Shown: piece by piece, positions 59,451 to 64,000 of the stretch
Numbering within the stretch: the first letter of the stretch is position 1
Layout: each line of letters opens with the position of its first letter
DNA from: an uncultured virus (IMG/VR IMGVR_UViG_3300028840_003539)
Taxonomy: Duplodnaviria > Heunggongvirae > Uroviricota > Caudoviricetes
Virus record (IMG/VR): IMGVR_UViG_3300028840_003539
Length of the DNA stretch: 64,000 nt
Direction: 5' to 3' (one strand)
The notes under the pieces: model-generated
Seen by the model: only the letters and a program-made list of their open reading frames with translations
What the model was told of the DNA's origin: nothing
The model's database searches: none
Translations under genes and position numbers: made by a program

Positions 59451-60788
59451 ATGCCTACGAAGCCCAAGAGGTTGATGATCGAAGTCGATCTCAGGACCGA
59501 GCCAGGAACGCTGCACTCTATTCCTGCGCGGCCAGGCGACATCGTCATCGACGGCGATGGCAATGAAATCGCCACGGATCTCGACTACAACCGCCGTAAG
59601 GCTGCCATCGACTTCGTCGATCCGACGCAGCCGCCGCCGACGGAAGTAGTCGGTGACCGCTACGTCTTGAACCACACGCCAGGAACAGTCCATCCAGGTT
59701 GGGACAATGCGACGCAAGGTGACATCGTCGAGTTCGTCGAAGGACCGCTTCCGACCCTCAATAACTGGGTCGCACAGCCCCCGGTCATCGGCTGGACGAT
59801 CTATATAACGGCGCTGGACTACGACCTCCTGTTCGACAAGACCTCGACCTGGGTGCCGCGCATCCTCACAGGCGTTCCTGCAACGCGGTCAATCATAGCC
59901 GGCGCCGGCTTGGTCGGCGGCGGAAACCTGTCGGTGGACCGTACGATCGACGCCGTAGCGCATCCCGACGGGTCGATCGTCGTCAACCCGGACAACATCC
60001 AGGTCGGTGTGCTCGCGACTGATGGGCAGCACGGCGTACGCGGCGGCGGGACGCAGCACGCGTTGGCCACAACGCTCGTCGCTGGCTTCATGTCGCCCGC
60101 AGACAAGGCGAAGCTCGACGCGGCTGCGCTGTCGTTGTCTGACACGCCACCAGTCGACGTGACCAAGTCACCTGCCGCGGCAGGCATAGCAACCGAGGCC
60201 TCGCGCCAAGACCACAAACACGACGTTGCTACTGCAACCGCGGTTGAGTTGACCGACACGACGAACGCAGAAGGGGCAGCGACGTCGCTGGCGCGGTCCG
60301 ACCACAAGCACGCGCATGGAGACCGTGGAGGAGGTTCCCTGCATGCGTTGGCCACGACGCTCGTTGCCGGCTTCATGTCGCCGGCGGACAAGACGAAGCT
60401 CGACGGCCTTACGCCAGGCGGCGGCGGACAGAAGACCGAACACATCTCCATCCAGTCTGGGGACAGGGCGTACAGCAAGACCGGGCTCGGCGTCTACTTA
60501 GTCGTCGGCCGGTTCCGTTTCCGCGGGACGACTGTAATGGGTACGCCCGCCAACATCCGAGCGAACTACTGGCAGTCAGGCACTCCTGGTGCCGCCGTGT
60601 GGTGCAGAATCCAGGACGCCACCAACAACAACACAATTTGTAGCTCGGCGACGACGAGCCAACTCGACGACGAGTTCAGAGACCTCGGCGCGTTGAGTTC
60701 CTTGCCAGCAGGCCCTGCTACTTTCGAGGTGCAGGTAAAAGCGTCTGGCGGGCAGGTCCGAATCGGCGGCGTCATCATCGAATACTAG
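59451..60788 (+). CDS. Putative spike/fibre protein
   Basis: Gly/Thr-rich; duplicated HG.RGGG..HALATTLVAGFMSPADK.KLD module. Confidence 0.65.
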   Translation: MPTKPKRLMIEVDLRTEPGTLHSIPARPGDIVIDGDGNEIATDLDYNRRKAAIDFVDPTQPPPTEVVGDRYVLNHTPGTVHPGWDNATQGDIVEFVEGPLPTLNNWVAQPPVIGWTIYITALDYDLLFDKTSTWVPRILTGVPATRSIIAGAGLVGGGNLSVDRTIDAVAHPDGSIVVNPDNIQVGVLATDGQHGVRGGGTQHALATTLVAGFMSPADKAKLDAAALSLSDTPPVDVTKSPAAAGIATEASRQDHKHDVATATAVELTDTTNAEGAATSLARSDHKHAHGDRGGGSLHALATTLVAGFMSPADKTKLDGLTPGGGGQKTEHISIQSGDRAYSKTGLGVYLVVGRFRFRGTTVMGTPANIRANYWQSGTPGAAVWCRIQDATNNNTICSSATTSQLDDEFRDLGALSSLPAGPATFEVQVKASGGQVRIGGVIIEY

Positions 60789-60797
60789 GAGCGTGGC

Positions 60798-61409
60798 ATG
60801 AGCCTGGACTACTACAGAATCTGGTGCGTGACCGACGGCAAGTACGAGTACGAGTGGAGCGAAACGGAGCCGACAGTCTGCCCTGTCAACCCCGCGCATA
60901 CGATCGACCCGACGAAGACCGCCGTAGTCGACACACGCGCGGAGCTTGACATCATCGTCGACCCGGCACCAAGCGCCATCTTGCCAGGCGCGTCTCTCGT
61001 CGTCGCCAACGATCGCCCTGCGGTAGAAGTTCAAGACGGTGGTCTTGGCTGGGGTGCTGTGGACGCGCGTTGGCCGCACGAGCTGAACGCGAAGGCGCGG
61101 CTCAAGGTCTGCATCAAGTTCATCCTGAAATCGCTCGGGACGGGCACAGTCGCTCGCATGGGCGCCCGCGTCAAGGCAGGCGGGGAAGGCGACGATTCGT
61201 CCGAGACGTGGGAAGACACCCAGTACGTCGACGCTCCTGTAACGCACACGACGCTGGGCGAGATCTTCATAGCGGAGTTCGACCTCGACGCAAGCTCGTT
61301 CAACATCAACGACGCGGTCGCGCTGCAAGTCGGACGTGACGGAGCACACGCGAACGACACCCTCGACCAGCCAGTGCAGATCTTCTGCGTGAAGGGAGTT
61401 GCGATCTAA
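60798..61409 (+). CDS. Putative structural beta-rich protein
   Basis: 203 aa; AGGAG RBS. Confidence 0.6.
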   Translation: MSLDYYRIWCVTDGKYEYEWSETEPTVCPVNPAHTIDPTKTAVVDTRAELDIIVDPAPSAILPGASLVVANDRPAVEVQDGGLGWGAVDARWPHELNAKARLKVCIKFILKSLGTGTVARMGARVKAGGEGDDSSETWEDTQYVDAPVTHTTLGEIFIAEFDLDASSFNINDAVALQVGRDGAHANDTLDQPVQIFCVKGVAI

Positions 61410-61828
61410 TGCCAGGCAACGAGACAGTAAGCAAGTCCCCGCGTGCTTTTCTGCCCGTGCAGTGGACGAAGGAAGGCTTCACGGCAGGCCAGGCGGTGGG
61501 AGTTTCGCTGCAGATCAGCAGCTTTCCAGCGTCGATCTACGAGATGTCGCTGCTCCGCGAGACGTCGCTCCTGACGGTCGCCATCGTCCTGAGCGCGGCG
61601 CCAACCGCCGGTTTCATCCGCTTCGAACTGACGAAAAACGGCGTCGACACAGGCAAGACCGTGGACATGGACACGGCGAAAGGCACCAGGTACATGTGGG
61701 AATTTCGTCCCGGCGAGCTGACTGGTGCCAAAGGTGACCGGATTGGAGTAAAGTGGGGCAGCAGCGGGACGCTGACGCCGAGCGGAAGCATTGACGGAGC
61801 TGTGCTTCTCGAAGTGCAGGACGCATAA
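61409..61828 (+). CDS. Putative structural beta-rich protein
   Basis: 139 aa; coupled start. Confidence 0.6.
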   Translation: MPGNETVSKSPRAFLPVQWTKEGFTAGQAVGVSLQISSFPASIYEMSLLRETSLLTVAIVLSAAPTAGFIRFELTKNGVDTGKTVDMDTAKGTRYMWEFRPGELTGAKGDRIGVKWGSSGTLTPSGSIDGAVLLEVQDA

Positions 61829-61869
61829 AAACAACGCGCTCTGCCTGGGCGCGGCGAGGAGATTCGAAG

Positions 61870-63495
61870 ATGGCTGCTGGAGATACCAAGAAACCACACG
61901 TCAGTATAGATCCCGGTCAGCACAGCCCAGGCGTGCTGCCTACGCGGCCAGTCGGACCAGGCGAAATCCTCGTCGACGGCGACGGCAACCCCATCGGCGG
62001 CAGCACGATCATCATACCCGTCGATCCATCCGGCGATCTCGCGCTCGCGGAAGTCAACACGCTCGCTGAAACTCTCCGCAGCGAATTGCTGCAGAAGATT
62101 CAGGACGCCTTCGACGGCGCTGTCGCCATGATGGAAGCGTCGGACGATGAAGTAGTCGACGAGCAAGAAGACACCGCGCTGGCAACCATCGAAGCACTAA
62201 CGGTGAAGCTCCACGCGGAGATCACCCAGGTAGGCGAAGACGCCCTCTCGGGCGCCATCGCGCTCGTCGATGCGCTCAGGTTGGAGCTGGCGGAATCCGG
62301 CAGTGACACCGAAAGCGAGATTGCACAGTTCGAGCATGACATCTCCGAGCTGGAGCAACGTGTCACTGACTGCTTCGCTGGCGCGGTCGCACTCATCGAC
62401 AAGCTCGCGCTCGACGTAGCTGTCGCGAAGCAGCACGCCACCGCGGTAGGCGCAGCACTTGCAAACGTGCAGGAATCGCTGCAGCAGGAAATCTCCGACT
62501 GCTTCGCTAGCGCGGTCGCGCTCGTCGACAAGCACACGTGCTGCGACGATGCGTACGCGCTGGTAGATGCAGCCGCCGCGGTTGCGAAGAGTGATCTGGA
62601 AGAAGCCATCGATGACGTCTTTGGTGGCACCGTCGCGCTCGTCGACAGGTCCGCGCTGAAGCTAACCTCAGCCATTCATACCGAAGCTGGCGGGCTGGTG
62701 AGCAATGCCGCCGTAGGTTTGCAAGCTGCACTAGATCAGGCGACCGATTCTCTCCAGGCCGCCATCGCCGGCGTGGAAGATCGCCTCACGGCGCGCGTCG
62801 GCAGGCTGTACGAAGACCACACGACCGACGCTACGCCAAAGGTCATCGCGACGGTTACTCCGTCGCTCACACAAACCGTGCGCATCCTGGTCAAAATCCA
62901 GGCGCGACGAGCTGACCGGCGGCAGCACGCCGCGTACACGCTCGAAGCACTCGCGCGTGCCGTCGCGGCATGGGACACCTTGACGCTTTCCGTCGCGATC
63001 CCGAGCGACGGCGAAACAGTGACGATCGACGCCGTCACGTACACCTGGCGTGCTGCTCCGGTCGCAGCCTACGACGTCAACATCGGTGCCGACATCCAAG
63101 GTTCGATCGACAATCTCGTTGCCGCAATCAACCTGACTGGCACAGCCGGTGTCGACTACGGCCCTGGAACGCTGCAGCATCCAACCGTCTCGGCTGTGAA
63201 GACGTCGACGACGACGATGGACGCGGTCTACAAGACGCCAGGAGTCGTAGGAAACGGAATCGTCGCGACCGAGACGATGGTCAACGGCGTTTGGACCAAC
63301 GGCGGCGCAGGGCTGGCTGGTGGCTCGGACATGCTGGTGACGCTCTTCACCGACGACGACGATGTCGAAGACGACGTCGCCTGGGACGCCACGATGGCTG
63401 CGGGAGCTGGTCAGGACGTCGAGGTCAAGGTGATTGGCAAAGCCCTCGCCGACATTCGTTGGCTGGCCGAGGTTCGCGTCATCGAGCAACCGTGA
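61870..63495 (+). CDS. Putative spike/stalk protein with helical repeats
   Basis: Repeated D(A/C)FxGAVALVD module followed by a beta-rich C-terminal domain. Confidence 0.65.
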   Translation: MAAGDTKKPHVSIDPGQHSPGVLPTRPVGPGEILVDGDGNPIGGSTIIIPVDPSGDLALAEVNTLAETLRSELLQKIQDAFDGAVAMMEASDDEVVDEQEDTALATIEALTVKLHAEITQVGEDALSGAIALVDALRLELAESGSDTESEIAQFEHDISELEQRVTDCFAGAVALIDKLALDVAVAKQHATAVGAALANVQESLQQEISDCFASAVALVDKHTCCDDAYALVDAAAAVAKSDLEEAIDDVFGGTVALVDRSALKLTSAIHTEAGGLVSNAAVGLQAALDQATDSLQAAIAGVEDRLTARVGRLYEDHTTDATPKVIATVTPSLTQTVRILVKIQARRADRRQHAAYTLEALARAVAAWDTLTLSVAIPSDGETVTIDAVTYTWRAAPVAAYDVNIGADIQGSIDNLVAAINLTGTAGVDYGPGTLQHPTVSAVKTSTTTMDAVYKTPGVVGNGIVATETMVNGVWTNGGAGLAGGSDMLVTLFTDDDDVEDDVAWDATMAAGAGQDVEVKVIGKALADIRWLAEVRVIEQP

Positions 63496-63562
63496 TATAG
63501 TCTGCGCGATCCGCGCTAAATGAAACACCCGCGCTGGTGCGGGTAAGGAAAGGAAAAAGGAA

Positions 63563-64000
63563 ATGGCAACCTACGCACTGCCGACGAACATCATTCTCGG
63601 CAACAACGCAGAGAGCGTGCCCAAGGTCGTATTCCCGTTTCGGGACGCGCTCAACAAGCTGACGGGCGGCACGGGCGTCAACCCGGTAACCGACATCGGT
63701 GACCCCGCAGCGGGCATCGACGTCAGCCCGCTGTCCTACCAGGCCGGCTCACAGGATCTGGAAGACGGGCTGGTCGACGGCGCCCTCGCGACTCCCGTCG
63801 GCGGCTACTACTTCGCCTACGGCAGCGGCAACCGCGCCACGCCGCAGAGCAACCCGTTCCTCTTCGCCCAAGTCTTCGGCATGGAGATCGCCGAATTCTT
63901 CTCGTGGTGGTACGAGGGCACGGTGGGCATCGGGGCCGAAGTCGACGCGGAGATGGTGCTGAAAAGCGTGCCAGGACCCGCGTGGGTGCCCGGGACGCTC
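63563..64000 (+). CDS. Hypothetical protein, truncated by the window edge
   Basis: AAGGA RBS, ATG 63563 (MATYALPTNIILG...), frame open to the end. Confidence 0.65.
   Translation, partial: MATYALPTNIILGNNAESVPKVVFPFRDALNKLTGGTGVNPVTDIGDPAAGIDVSPLSYQAGSQDLEDGLVDGALATPVGGYYFAYGSGNRATPQSNPFLFAQVFGMEIAEFFSWWYEGTVGIGAEVDAEMVLKSVPGPAWVPGTL

Noticed and set aside
60030..60410. Duplicated segment as a DGR TR/VR pair
   Set aside because: Both copies are in frame within one gene and differ mostly at synonymous positions, not specifically at adenines.

Overview
This 64 kb GC-rich window is part of a bacterial virus genome with two divergent arms meeting at about 43.2-43.7 kb. The left arm (1-43190, minus strand) carries early, replication and accessory genes: a tyrosine recombinase, GT4 glycosyltransferase, MT-A70 methyltransferase, ThyX-like protein, retron-type reverse transcriptase, tRNA-Met(CAT), a spanin/GH73-like lysis cassette, UDG-fused family A DNA polymerase, SSB/Sak4/Cas4-like recombination module, SNF2 helicase, DUF3987-like ATPase and an AT-rich origin candidate. 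The right arm (43777-end, plus strand) has a transglutaminase-like protein followed by more than 15 small membrane-anchored proteins and spike-like proteins. No terminase, portal, tape-measure or major capsid gene is recognisable in the window, which suggests a tailless, membrane-containing virion (inference). The standout feature is an operon encoding a Cas7/RAMP-like protein (34792-35475) and an accessory protein (34201-34788), followed directly by a 600-bp non-coding array (33601-34200). The array has about 100 GGY-NN pentamers with a constant triplet and a variable dinucleotide, cut into 10 units by a GGG(C/T)TTC punctuation motif. This looks like a non-CRISPR RNA-guided system whose information sits in the variable dinucleotides. 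The locus is bracketed by two sigma70-like promoters sharing a TGCTAAC-N4-GTTAGCA palindrome. All family calls come from motif recognition by eye; no database searches were run.
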